Source of the DNA: Fimbriimonadales bacterium
GTDB taxonomy: Bacteria > Armatimonadota > Fimbriimonadia > Fimbriimonadales > JABRVX01
Length of the DNA: 64,000 bases
Direction: 5' to 3'
NCBI GenBank assembly: GCA_045862955.1
Contig: BTVI01000006.1
Span: forward strand, 37,703 to 101,702
The first letter of the stretch is position 1. Every line of letters starts with the position of its first letter. The translations under genes were made by a program, and so were the position numbers. Shown here in pieces: positions 10,214 to 20,279 of the stretch. The notes below the pieces were generated by a model. It was not told the DNA's origin and did no database searches. It was given only the letters and a program-made list of their open reading frames with translations.

Positions 10214-11037
10214 TGAACTTGCGTGCCAAAGTTCTATCCAACGTCGGTACTCACACCGTACTTCTTGCGATCGCGCTGGTAATGCTGCTGCCATTCGTGT
10301 GGATGGTTCTCATAAGTTTCAAGCCGCTTCACGAGGTCGAGAGCCTGAACCCACTTCCCACCGTTTGGCGCCCGCAGAATTATGTCGAGCTGTTTCGTCA
10401 GATACCTTTCGGGCGCTACTACTTCAACAGCATCTTCGTTGCAGCATGGGTCACCTTCCTGACCTGTCTGACGAGCTCGATGGCGGCCTATGCGTTCGCT
10501 CGATTGCGCTGGAAAGGGCGGGACACAATATTCAAAGCATATCTCGCGACCATGATGCTGCCCGGGGTGGTTACTATGATCCCGAACTACGCTATCATGG
10601 TGCGCCTACACCTGCTAGACAGCTATACGGGACTGATCCTTCCCGCAGCATTCGGTGCATTCGGCACCTTTCTCATGCGCCAATTCATGCTTAGCATCCC
10701 AGCTGCACTGGACGAGGCCGCAGAGGTGGATGGGGCGGGGCATTGGTGCATTTTCTGGGACGTAGTATTGCCTCTTTGCCGCCCTGGCCTGATCACGCTG
10801 GCAGTTCTTACGTTTCTTGGGAATTTCGGCTCATTCTTCTGGCCACTGGTTCTTATCAAGAGCGAGCATCTGCGGACGCTGCCTATCGGCATGCTATTCT
10901 TCGATTCCAACTACGGTAGGCAGACTAACCTTATCATGGCTGCTGGAGTGCTAAACGTTCTGCCATTAGTCATTCTCTTTGTCACCACACAGCGACAGCT
11001 TGTGCGTGGCATTCAACTCGGGGCCGTCAAGGGCTGA
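10213..11037 (+). CDS. carbohydrate ABC transporter permease
   Basis: FLMRQFMLSIPAALDEAAEVDGA; ends GAVKG; TGATG coupling to the upstream gene. Confidence 0.92.
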   Translation: MNLRAKVLSNVGTHTVLLAIALVMLLPFVWMVLISFKPLHEVESLNPLPTVWRPQNYVELFRQIPFGRYYFNSIFVAAWVTFLTCLTSSMAAYAFARLRWKGRDTIFKAYLATMMLPGVVTMIPNYAIMVRLHLLDSYTGLILPAAFGAFGTFLMRQFMLSIPAALDEAAEVDGAGHWCIFWDVVLPLCRPGLITLAVLTFLGNFGSFFWPLVLIKSEHLRTLPIGMLFFDSNYGRQTNLIMAAGVLNVLPLVILFVTTQRQLVRGIQLGAVKG

Positions 11038-11057
11038 CGGCGGAAGGGACTATCGTC

Positions 11058-13013
11058 TTGGAATTCGGCTGCGCTTGGTATCCTGAACACTGGCCGGAGG
11101 AGCGATGGAAAGACGACTTGCGACTCATGCGAGAGGCACGCATGACCGTTGTTCGGTTGGGTGAGTTCGCGTGGAGTAGGCTCGAGCCAGCAGAGGGTGA
11201 GTATGATCTGGAGTGGCTGGTGCGCGCGATCGACCTCGCGGCCGAGCACGGGTTGAAGTCCGTCGTAGGTACTCCCACCGCAGCACCCCCGGCCTGGCTT
11301 ACGCAACGATATCCGGATGTGCTGGCATTTGATCAGAACGGACGCCCGCACACTCATGGTAACCGCTGCCACTACAGGGCCTCTTCCAAAAAGTATCTCG
11401 AACTCTGTGCTCGGATCGCCGAGAGGCTAGCCAAGCGGCTCGGATCACATCCCAGCGTAATTGGTTGGCAGATCGATAACGAGTATGGAACCGTCTCCTA
11501 TGACGAAGAGACCCGCGAGCAGTTTCAGACCTGGTTGCGCCAGCGGTACGGCTCGCTCGAGGAGTTAAACCGTCGCTGGACGACTGTGTATTGGAGCCAA
11601 GAGTACTCCGACTGGCGCCAGATACCCATCGCAGACAGAGCACATCATCCGTCGCTAATGCTGGACTTCCGACGTTTCGTAACCTCCCTTTACCGTGAAT
11701 ACCAACGACGCCAGATCAAGGCGATTCGTGCTCACGCAGACCCGCGCCAGTGGATCACGCATAATTTCATGGGTTGGTTCGACAGGTACGATCACTACGA
11801 GCTTTGTGCTGACCTCGATCTGGCATCATGGGACAACTACATAGTCGGCGCGCACCTAGATCCGCTGGACAATGGAGCGATCCACGATCTGACTCGTGGC
11901 TTCAAGCAGAAGAACTTCTGGCTCATGGAGACTCAGCCTGGGTTTGTCAACTGGTTGGACATCAATAGCGCCCTCGACCGCGGCGAGGTTCGCACGATGG
12001 CTTGGCATGCGGTAGGGCACGGTGCAGACGCAGTGCTGTACTGGCAGTGGAGGAGCTCACTCGGTGGGCAGGAACAGTATCACGGCAATATAGTGGCATC
12101 CGACGGCGAGCCCCGCCCTATCTATCAAGAGATATGCGAGATTGGGAGAGACTTCGAAGCAGTATCCGAAGTGTTACGAGGTACTCAACCTGTTGCCCAG
12201 GCAGCCATACTTTACTCGTACGAAAGCCGATGGGCGATAGACTTTCAGCGCCATCATCTCGATTTCGATCCTGTTCGCTACCTATTGGCCTTTTACCGAC
12301 CACTCCGCCGCTTGCTACCCGGTGTGGACATCGTGCACCCATCAGCCGAGCTCGAACGATACAGGGTGGTGATAGCACCGGCTTTGCACGTGCTCTGCGA
12401 TGAGTGGGTCGAGGCACTCGAGCGATACATCGGCGCTGGAGGTCACTTGGTACTCGGAGCGCGCTCTGGGTTCAAGGACCTATACAATGCTTTGCTTACG
12501 ACTCGGCAGCCTGGTCCGCTCACGAAGTTGGTGGGAGCACGAGTGCAGGAGTACTATGCCTTACGTGATCCAGTCCCTCTCACTGGGCTGGGACAAGCCA
12601 CCATCTGGGCTGAATGGCTGGAACCTGTCGCAGACAATGTCGAGGTCATCGCCAGTTATGGACCTGCGAACGGCTGGATCGATGGGCAGCCCGCAATCGT
12701 CACGCGAGACTTCGCCTCTGGCAAGGTCACTTACGTCGGTACGTGGCCTGACGCGCACGCAATGACTGTCCTAATCACACGTATACTCGAAGAGAGTGGC
12801 GTGGCTTCCGATTTGCCCCCGTCCGATGACGGTGTCGAGCTGTCGGTGAGATCTGGTCGAGATCGACGCTTGGTGATAGCAGTTAATCATTCCAATCAAC
12901 CCAAGCAGGTGGCTCTGCCCTGTCCCGCTGTTGACCTGCTCACATCGAGTCCGATCGACGAGGTGCTAACTCTCCCGCCGTACGGCGTCTCAGTATTGCA
13001 GGAGGTTCGATGA
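11058..13013 (+). CDS. beta-galactosidase, GH42
   Basis: WYPEHWP, GEFAWSRLEP, GWQIDNEY, FWLMETQPG, GQEQYHG. Confidence 0.93.
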   Translation: MEFGCAWYPEHWPEERWKDDLRLMREARMTVVRLGEFAWSRLEPAEGEYDLEWLVRAIDLAAEHGLKSVVGTPTAAPPAWLTQRYPDVLAFDQNGRPHTHGNRCHYRASSKKYLELCARIAERLAKRLGSHPSVIGWQIDNEYGTVSYDEETREQFQTWLRQRYGSLEELNRRWTTVYWSQEYSDWRQIPIADRAHHPSLMLDFRRFVTSLYREYQRRQIKAIRAHADPRQWITHNFMGWFDRYDHYELCADLDLASWDNYIVGAHLDPLDNGAIHDLTRGFKQKNFWLMETQPGFVNWLDINSALDRGEVRTMAWHAVGHGADAVLYWQWRSSLGGQEQYHGNIVASDGEPRPIYQEICEIGRDFEAVSEVLRGTQPVAQAAILYSYESRWAIDFQRHHLDFDPVRYLLAFYRPLRRLLPGVDIVHPSAELERYRVVIAPALHVLCDEWVEALERYIGAGGHLVLGARSGFKDLYNALLTTRQPGPLTKLVGARVQEYYALRDPVPLTGLGQATIWAEWLEPVADNVEVIASYGPANGWIDGQPAIVTRDFASGKVTYVGTWPDAHAMTVLITRILEESGVASDLPPSDDGVELSVRSGRDRRLVIAVNHSNQPKQVALPCPAVDLLTSSPIDEVLTLPPYGVSVLQEVR

Positions 13014-14197
13014 TCGCTTTGCCCTTACTTCTAGCTCAAGCATTTGCTCTGAAAGACGGCGATGTAGTCTTGTTCTACGGTGACAGCATTACCGAGCAGA
13101 GGCTCTACACAACCTACGTCGAGACATTCGTTCGCACGCGCTTTCCAAAGCTCGACGCGGAATTCATTACGGTCGGCGTAGGGGGCGATGCGACTTGGGG
13201 TGGATGGGCTGGGGATGCGGCCACCCGCGTAGAGCGCGATGTGAAGCCGTTTCAGCCCACGCGCATCGTGATCATGCTCGGAATGAACGACGGAGGCTAC
13301 GTCCCGTACGACGCGAAGATCGAGCAGATCTTCGTTGATTGGTACCGCAAGCTTCTTGGCTACATGCGCTCGGCCGCACCCAAAGCGAAGCTGACACTAG
13401 TTCAGACCTCTCCATTCGATGATTTCACCAAGCGTCCCTCGCCATTTGCTGGCTACAACGCTACCCTGCTCAAGCTGGGCAAGAACATCGTGGAGTTGTC
13501 CAGGCAGGAAGGTGCGGATTTCGTAGACTTCAACGCCCCATTCGTTGCTGCCATGTCCCGAGCAAGCAATCCCGAAGCGTTCCTCCCAGATATGATCCAC
13601 CCAGGGCCTCCCGGCCACCTGGTGATGGCAAGCGTCCTCCTCAAGGATTGGCATGCGCCCTCGACGGTCGCCGACGTGGCGCTCGATGCTAGGGAACATA
13701 AGGTCGTGCGTGCCGACAACACGCTCGTCACTGGATTCGACGGGTTACGCTGGACCCAGAAGGACAACGCCCTACCCTTCCCCCTCGACGAGTCCACCAG
13801 GCCCGGGGCTGATGCGATTGGTTTCCAAACCGATCTTAACCGGCAGATGCTCATGGTGACTGGCCTCGAGGCTGGCCGTTATTCGCTCTCGATCGATGGC
13901 CAAACGGTCTCGGTATTCAGCGATATGCAGCTTGCGGCGGGTGTGAACCTGGCAGACTATGATACGCCCATGCTTCGCCAAGCGACTCAAGTGCTCGATC
14001 TGATCACTAAGCGCAACGAAGTTTTCTTCCTGTGGTGGCAGCGGATGGGCTGTGTGATGAACGGGTTTTCGGGGACACAAGAGGTAATCGCCGCTCTTAA
14101 GAAATTGGAGAAGAGCATCGCCAAAGAAGCACGAAGCGCCGCTCTGCCTCTCTCGCATCGTTATGAGCTATCGCCCGTAAAAGAAGCCTCCGAGTAA
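13010..14197 (+). CDS. SGNH/GDSL hydrolase (probable carbohydrate esterase)
   Basis: FYGDSIT, GVGGD, LGMNDG, DMIHP. Confidence 0.88.
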   Translation: MIALPLLLAQAFALKDGDVVLFYGDSITEQRLYTTYVETFVRTRFPKLDAEFITVGVGGDATWGGWAGDAATRVERDVKPFQPTRIVIMLGMNDGGYVPYDAKIEQIFVDWYRKLLGYMRSAAPKAKLTLVQTSPFDDFTKRPSPFAGYNATLLKLGKNIVELSRQEGADFVDFNAPFVAAMSRASNPEAFLPDMIHPGPPGHLVMASVLLKDWHAPSTVADVALDAREHKVVRADNTLVTGFDGLRWTQKDNALPFPLDESTRPGADAIGFQTDLNRQMLMVTGLEAGRYSLSIDGQTVSVFSDMQLAAGVNLADYDTPMLRQATQVLDLITKRNEVFFLWWQRMGCVMNGFSGTQEVIAALKKLEKSIAKEARSAALPLSHRYELSPVKEASE

Positions 14198-14417
14198 CCT
14201 GTGGCAAACGGCTTTCTTCCTTTCGACTGAGGCATCGCGACCTCGGCCATTGAGCGACGTAGTATGTTGCCCCAAGCGGCCGAAAGGCTTATCCGTTCGG
14301 CAAGCACCGCACGTGCATGAACGTGCTGCGGTCAAACGCACTGGCCTGCAAAGATCGGCGCATTGAAAGTTGCGGTAAGCACTGCCTTTGACTTGCCTCA
14401 CACCCGACTCATAGTAA

Positions 14418-14444
14418 GAGGGCCCAGGAGCATGCTGGGCCCTC
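14418..14444. terminator. hairpin between convergent genes
   Basis: GAGGGCCCAG-N7-CTGGGCCCTC. Confidence 0.5.
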
Positions 14445-14454
14445 GTTTGACCTC

Positions 14455-15174
14455 CTAGCGCGACTTTCGCCGTCCCAAGAACATCCCAAGGAGCACAGGA
14501 CCTAGGAGGGCTATCGCACTAGGTTCTGGGACCACGCGCATCTTGTTCAGATAAAGGTCGTGGTCGGTATTGTAGTTGAAAACGTCAACGCCGGCAATCG
14601 GACCACCGTTGACAGTCGTCTTTAGGCTGCCCGAAGCCTGATACAGACCGCTGATATCTACGTAATAGGTGTTCGCGCCCGTGAGAGTGACTGCCAGCGT
14701 ATAGCCCACGTCGCCGGCCGGCACGCCCGTAATGTGGTTGCCCGTATTGTCGGATAACCAGAACTGCCCCGAGCCGTAGCGATAGTCGAACAGAGCTAGC
14801 AGCTCCTCGCCGGAAGAGTTTACTAGTCGGATACCCCAGCTGGCGTCTCCCCAGTTGCCAAATTCGATCGTTAGTGCGCGGAAGTCGATGAGGAGAGTCT
14901 CTCCCACCGACATTGGGGCCGCCAGGTATCGGATGGCGGTAGCAAAGGCATAGTCGTAGTCATTGTTCAGGTTCCAGGCCGTGCCGAGCACCGTGCCCGG
15001 CTGAATTGAGCCCTCGCTCACGTTTGTCCACGGCTGCCAGCCGTAACCGCCATTCAACCCGTTCGACCAGCCTCCCGAGTAGACGGGATCATCAGCGTCA
15101 TCGTATGCGGGAGCGGCCCAACCGGCTGCCGCGCAAACCGCGAGAAGCAGGCAGCCTAGCGTTCGTTTGCTCAT
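14455..15174 (-). CDS. PEP-CTERM sorting domain protein
   Basis: Signal peptide; C-terminal VPEPSAIALL...RRKSR. Confidence 0.88.
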   Translation of the reverse strand: MSKRTLGCLLLAVCAAAGWAAPAYDDADDPVYSGGWSNGLNGGYGWQPWTNVSEGSIQPGTVLGTAWNLNNDYDYAFATAIRYLAAPMSVGETLLIDFRALTIEFGNWGDASWGIRLVNSSGEELLALFDYRYGSGQFWLSDNTGNHITGVPAGDVGYTLAVTLTGANTYYVDISGLYQASGSLKTTVNGGPIAGVDVFNYNTDHDLYLNKMRVVPEPSAIALLGPVLLGMFLGRRKSR

Positions 15175-15235
15175 TGTATTAACCTCATACCGATTTCCAC
15201 CAGGTTAGGTGGCGATACCGACTGTTTCGGGACTC

Positions 15236-15277
15236 GATTAACCGGTTTATTGTATCACGACTTTTGGCGTCCTGCAA
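15236..15277 (-). promoter_or_regulatory. promoter with overlapping LacI-like operator
   Basis: Minus strand TTGCAG, 17 bp, TACAAT (15277-15249), immediately followed by the GATTAACCGGTTTA site (15236-15249). Confidence 0.55.
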
Positions 15278-15609
15278 CCCTGAAAGCGACGATCCCCACA
15301 AATATTGCTGAGATGCTTAGGAGAAAGTGCACGGATCACGGGGCTGCGCCTTCCAGCACTGCGCGGCTTCGACGAATGCATCTATCCAGAGAAGAGAGCC
15401 GCGGATGATCCGCGTAGCAGGCCTGAGGTCTCCGTTCAACGTCTGACCTTCACGACCTATGGGCCTCGACAGCGGCACGAAACTACGAAAGTCAATTGTG
15501 CATCGCCACCAAGGGATGGCGATGCCCCTCGCTGGACCTAGAACAAACCGACAGGGGTGTCGTGTGAGACGGAGAATCTCGGATGCAGCACAGCGATTGA
15601 GGAAAGCGC

Positions 15610-18600
15610 ATGCACGGACTAGGGAGACTAGCCATGATTGCTCCGATTCTCGTCACCTTTGCCGAAGCGCACGGCGGGGGCCAGATCCAGGACCCCTCCG
15701 GTTCGACCGCTCGAGCGCACATTGGTGACCAGCTACAGGACGAGTTCGCCTCGCCCCCGGGCTGGGCCAGGCCACACACCTGGTGGCACTGGATTGACGG
15801 CAACGTCACCAAAGAGGGCATCACCGCCGACCTGGAGGCCATGAAGCGGGCGGGCCTCGGCGGCGCACACATCTTCAACGCGGGCAGTTTCGGCGGCCAT
15901 GACAGCAAAGGCAACTACGTGACGATGCCGAAGGGTCCCATCGCCTACAACACTCCCGAGTGGCGCGCGCTGATGGTGCACGCCATGCGCGAAGCCAAAC
16001 GTCTCGGTCTCGAGATAACCATCCATAACTGTGCCGGATGGTCATCCAGCGGCGGACCGTGGGTGCAGCCCGAGGACGCGATGAAGAAGGTGGTTTGGTC
16101 CACGGTGGTAGTGATAGGACCGTCGCAGGTCGATGCCACTCTCCCGCAGCCCCCGACGGTACGCGACGAGTACCACGACATCGCTGTATTCGCACTACCA
16201 GAAACCCAGGTGCCGGCACAACCCGACGAGCACCACGCATACCTAACAAGCCTAGGGGACAACGACGGCAAGCCGTTCGGCGATCTCGCCTGGCCGGTGG
16301 TCCCCCGAAAAGACATCATCGACCTTACTGAGCATGTGAGCGATGGTCGCCTGAAGTGGGCTGCACCGGCGGGTCGTTGGACCATCCTGCGGATCGGATG
16401 GACACTAACAGGTGCCCAGAACGTTGCCTCTAGCGACAGCGGCAGGGGCTTGGAGGTGGACAAGCTTTCTCAGGAGTCGTTCGACCGCTACTTCGATGGC
16501 AGTCTCCTGCCCCTCATCGAGGAGGCAGGGCCACTAGCAGGGGATACCTTTACAACTGTACTGATCGATAGTTACGAGACCGGCCGGCAGAACTGGACTC
16601 AGAACATGCTCGCGGAGTTCCGCAAACGTCGCGGTTACGAGCTGCTTTCTTGGCTCCCTGCCCTATGCGGGATCGCGTTAGACGATGCCGACACTACGCA
16701 ACGATTTCTGTTCGATTTTCGCCGCACCGTCGCCGAGATGTGGTCGGAGTACTACTCGGGGCGATTTGCCGAGCGCTTGAAGCAGCACGGCATGCAGCTG
16801 GCAGTCGAGCCCTACGGCAACGGGCCGTTCAATGCGTTTACCTACGCCGAGCCTGCAGGCCTTATCATGGGCGAATACTGGGTCGGCGAGGGGGTCATCA
16901 ACTCCAGTGTGAAGCTATCATCTTCGATCGCGCACGTGCTAGGTCGTAAAGTCGTCGGCGCGGAGGCATTGACCGCAACTCCGGATCGCGCTGGTTGGTC
17001 GAACCACCCATACCAGTGGAAGCCCTTTGCCGACCGTGGCTACATCAACGGAATCAATCGAATCATCTACCATCGGTTCACTCACCAGCCGTGGCCGAGC
17101 GGCGTGCTACCAGGCATGACGATGGGACCCTGGGGTTCTCATGTGGACCGAACGCAGACTTGGTGGCACCTAGCACCTTCTTGGCATGACTACCTCTCGA
17201 GATGCCAGTACCTGTTGCAGTCGGGGCAGTTCGTAGCGGATGTGTGCGTTTGCACCGGTGAAGACGAGCCTCAGGCCTACCAAGAGGAGATACATGGTCT
17301 GGCTCAGGTGCCGGAGGGTTATGATTTCGACTACTGCACTGCGAGTATGCTGATGGGAGCGACGGTGAGTGGCGGCCGAATCGTGTTGCCAGGGGGCATG
17401 AGCTACCGCTTGCTGGCACTGCCGAATACGGACCGAATGTCGTGGCAGTTTGCGGCTAAGGTAAGGGAACTCGTAGCTGCGGGCGCGACCATCGTGGGCA
17501 TTCCCCCGAGCCAAACGACCGGCTTGAGCGATCCGTCTCCAGAGAACACTCACATTATGGGACTATTGAATGGTACCGTGGCGGACGCGCTGCGAGAGCT
17601 GAAGCTGCCTCCCGACTTTCGCAGCGAAAGGGGGGGCGTGAGGGCAATCCACCGGCGGATTGGTGATGCCGACGCCTACTTCGTGACATGGTATGGGCGC
17701 CAAGCCATCGAGACGAAATGCTTCTTCCGCATCGAGGGCCGTCTGCCCGAGCTGTGGCATCCCGAGTCGGGATTGGTAGAGAAGGCGGTGATGTTCCAGC
17801 CGGTACCAGGCGGGGTGGAAGTGCTACTTCGACTAGGGCCCGCAGGTTCTGTTTTCGTGGTGTTTCGGACCGAGGGGCAGATGCGGGATCCGATAGTCCG
17901 GGTGGAAGCGGGCGTTGCCGAGGCTCCAGTGGAGAGCGCGGTGAAGATCATCAAGGCTGAATATGGTGTCATCGGTGACATGTGGAGGAGTCGCGATGTC
18001 ACGGATCGGGTCGCCGAGGCGATCGCAGCGTTCGGAGAGGTGGAAGCTACGAACGCGAGCATGGGTGGGGACCCTGCTGTCAACATCGTGAAGCAGTTGC
18101 GCGTGACCTACACTGATGGTGGCAAGGAGCGCGTAGTCACCATCCCTGAGGGTGAGACACTGCGGCTCGGCACCGCACGAGCCGTACCCAGCGCAACGTG
18201 GGAGATGAGAGAAGAGAAGGGTGCGCGCTACCTGCACGTGTGGCAGACAGGGTCGTATCGAGTGGTACATGACTCGGGAGCGTCCACAGCCATTGATGCG
18301 GAGGTCGCGCGATCTGTCGAGCTGTCAGGTCCATGGGAGGTTCGGTTTCCGTCAGGCTGGGATGCTCCGGAGACCACCACGTTCAGCGATCTCGTCTCAT
18401 GGACCGATCACCCCGAGTTCGGCATCAAGTACTTCTCTGGCACCGCAACATACCGACGGCAGTTCGACGTGGATGCCGCGTTGCTGGGAGAAGGTAAGCG
18501 ACTCGTGCTCGACCTCGGAACCGTGCGCGAGATCGCCGAGGTGTTAGTGAACGGGAAGAACCTCGGTGCGCTGTGGTGGCCACCGTTCCGCCTGGACGTT

Positions 18601-18885
18601 ACCGACGCCGTGAAGGCAGGCAGAAATGATCTCGAGGTGCGGGTGACCAACCTGTGGGTGAACCGACTGATCGGGGACGAGCAGCTACCCGACGACATCG
18701 GTTGGCAGGGCGTGACATTCAGCTCGTGGCCGGAATGGCTGGTCGAGGGCACACCTCGCCCCGAGCCGCGGCGCAAGACCTTCACTACCTGGCGCCACAA
18801 TCGCGCCGACACGCCGCTCATCCCTTCGGGCCTGATGGGACCGGTCGTGCTTCAGCCGGTCCGGGTGTATCGGCTTCCCGAATAG
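15610..18885 (+). CDS. GH106 alpha-L-rhamnosidase-like glycoside hydrolase
   Basis: RPHTWWHWIDGNVTKEGITADLEAM, GWSSSGGPWV, LIDSYE, VGAEALT, VTNLWVNRLIGD, PSGLMGPV. Start uncertain (alternative 15634). Confidence 0.9.
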   Translation: MHGLGRLAMIAPILVTFAEAHGGGQIQDPSGSTARAHIGDQLQDEFASPPGWARPHTWWHWIDGNVTKEGITADLEAMKRAGLGGAHIFNAGSFGGHDSKGNYVTMPKGPIAYNTPEWRALMVHAMREAKRLGLEITIHNCAGWSSSGGPWVQPEDAMKKVVWSTVVVIGPSQVDATLPQPPTVRDEYHDIAVFALPETQVPAQPDEHHAYLTSLGDNDGKPFGDLAWPVVPRKDIIDLTEHVSDGRLKWAAPAGRWTILRIGWTLTGAQNVASSDSGRGLEVDKLSQESFDRYFDGSLLPLIEEAGPLAGDTFTTVLIDSYETGRQNWTQNMLAEFRKRRGYELLSWLPALCGIALDDADTTQRFLFDFRRTVAEMWSEYYSGRFAERLKQHGMQLAVEPYGNGPFNAFTYAEPAGLIMGEYWVGEGVINSSVKLSSSIAHVLGRKVVGAEALTATPDRAGWSNHPYQWKPFADRGYINGINRIIYHRFTHQPWPSGVLPGMTMGPWGSHVDRTQTWWHLAPSWHDYLSRCQYLLQSGQFVADVCVCTGEDEPQAYQEEIHGLAQVPEGYDFDYCTASMLMGATVSGGRIVLPGGMSYRLLALPNTDRMSWQFAAKVRELVAAGATIVGIPPSQTTGLSDPSPENTHIMGLLNGTVADALRELKLPPDFRSERGGVRAIHRRIGDADAYFVTWYGRQAIETKCFFRIEGRLPELWHPESGLVEKAVMFQPVPGGVEVLLRLGPAGSVFVVFRTEGQMRDPIVRVEAGVAEAPVESAVKIIKAEYGVIGDMWRSRDVTDRVAEAIAAFGEVEATNASMGGDPAVNIVKQLRVTYTDGGKERVVTIPEGETLRLGTARAVPSATWEMREEKGARYLHVWQTGSYRVVHDSGASTAIDAEVARSVELSGPWEVRFPSGWDAPETTTFSDLVSWTDHPEFGIKYFSGTATYRRQFDVDAALLGEGKRLVLDLGTVREIAEVLVNGKNLGALWWPPFRLDVTDAVKAGRNDLEVRVTNLWVNRLIGDEQLPDDIGWQGVTFSSWPEWLVEGTPRPEPRRKTFTTWRHNRADTPLIPSGLMGPVVLQPVRVYRLPE

Positions 18886-19154
18886 CTTGGGCTGCTCGTG
18901 GCACTGCACCATGCCCCGTACGCGACGCAGCCGAGTCGGGTGCGGGCCGGTGAGGCGGTCTCCGGGAAGGAGCCCAAGCAGGATCGCGTTGACAGAGGGC
19001 GAATCTTCGGTTATTATGCTAGTGAGCGCCCGCGCTACGAACGCCGCCTGCAGACGGGATCGGCGGAAAAGAACTGCTGCCGAATAGCCCAGTCGGCCAA
19101 GATCGCACCCTGGGCCGAGTCTATTGGTACTAGAGGGGGTGCAGGGACAGCAGA

Positions 19155-20279
19155 GTGGAGGCAGCGGCCCTGTGGAAGCGCGGAGTCGACTCGCTGATTG
19201 GCGTGAACCCGGTGGGATCGGCTTGGATACGAGAGCGAATCGCCTCGCTTGTTTCGGTCCCGCGTGTTGCGCTCGACGGAGAAGGGTCTTGGCAGGCGCT
19301 TCGTCAAGCCGTTAGCAGGCGGGTGGCCGCGCACTCGCATGCAAGGTACTTGTCTTCCGAGGACCTCGACGATATCGTAGGCGAGGTGCTCGCTCGGGCC
19401 GCCCCGGCTCTCATGGGAAGAGACGATCCCGTGAGGAACCCGAGTGCTTTCGTGAACCGCGTGATTGCCAACCAGTTCCATCAGTTTCTGCGGAAGAGCG
19501 GGCCAGCGTGGACTGGGCTCAAAGACGAGATCGTGGATATCGCTCGCGGCAGGCGCGGAGAGCAAGGACTGGCCCTCTGGCACTGCGATGGCACCGCCCT
19601 CATCGGCTTGAGTGGCTGGCGCCACCGCAACATCGAGCCCACCGATGCTTACATCGACTCTTTGGCGAGCACAGGGCGCTGGCACAGGGCCCCGGAGCGC
19701 CATGGGCTCGACCCCCATCTCGCAACGGGAGCCTTGCTCAGGGCACTGCTCGGGTACCTGGGCACACCGGTTCCGATTTCACACCTCGTCAACTTGGTTT
19801 TCGAGCTTCGCGGAACCCAGGAGCTGCGACGCATATCGCTCGATGAGTTGGCAGTTAGCAGAGAAGAACCCGCCGATCCAGGTGACCCTTGTCATGACGC
19901 GGAAACGCGCCAGACAGTGCAGGAAATCGCCCTGGCTTGTGAAGCCCTCGATGACGATCGTCTCGCAGCTTTCGTTTTCCGCCTCGAGGGCGAGACGGCG
20001 TCATGTCTGTTGGGCTTGGCAAGGCCTGCGTTGGTGGCGCGCATCCAGAGCCTCTTTGCGTTGGCCTTTCCACCAGACGGTAAGAACGCGTTGCAGCAGC
20101 TACCACTCTGTGACAAACACACTGCTAGGATCATTGGAGTGCGTGCAACGGGAACACGAGACGCCCAGCTATGGATTTCCAATCTTCGGCGATCCGCACA
20201 GCGAAGGATCTCTCGAGAGGTACTCGGCAGTGCGGCGCGCATGAAAAGAGAGCGGCAGCAGGAGGTGCCCGGTGAGTAA
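19155..20279 (+). CDS. atypical sigma70/ECF-like sigma factor with large insertion
   Basis: Region-2-like EDLDDIVGEVL...AFVNRVIANQFHQFLRK; region-4-like LPLCDKHTARIIG...ISNLRRSAQRRI; overlaps a zf-HC2 anti-sigma gene. Start uncertain. Confidence 0.65.
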   Translation: MEAAALWKRGVDSLIGVNPVGSAWIRERIASLVSVPRVALDGEGSWQALRQAVSRRVAAHSHARYLSSEDLDDIVGEVLARAAPALMGRDDPVRNPSAFVNRVIANQFHQFLRKSGPAWTGLKDEIVDIARGRRGEQGLALWHCDGTALIGLSGWRHRNIEPTDAYIDSLASTGRWHRAPERHGLDPHLATGALLRALLGYLGTPVPISHLVNLVFELRGTQELRRISLDELAVSREEPADPGDPCHDAETRQTVQEIALACEALDDDRLAAFVFRLEGETASCLLGLARPALVARIQSLFALAFPPDGKNALQQLPLCDKHTARIIGVRATGTRDAQLWISNLRRSAQRRISREVLGSAARMKRERQQEVPGE

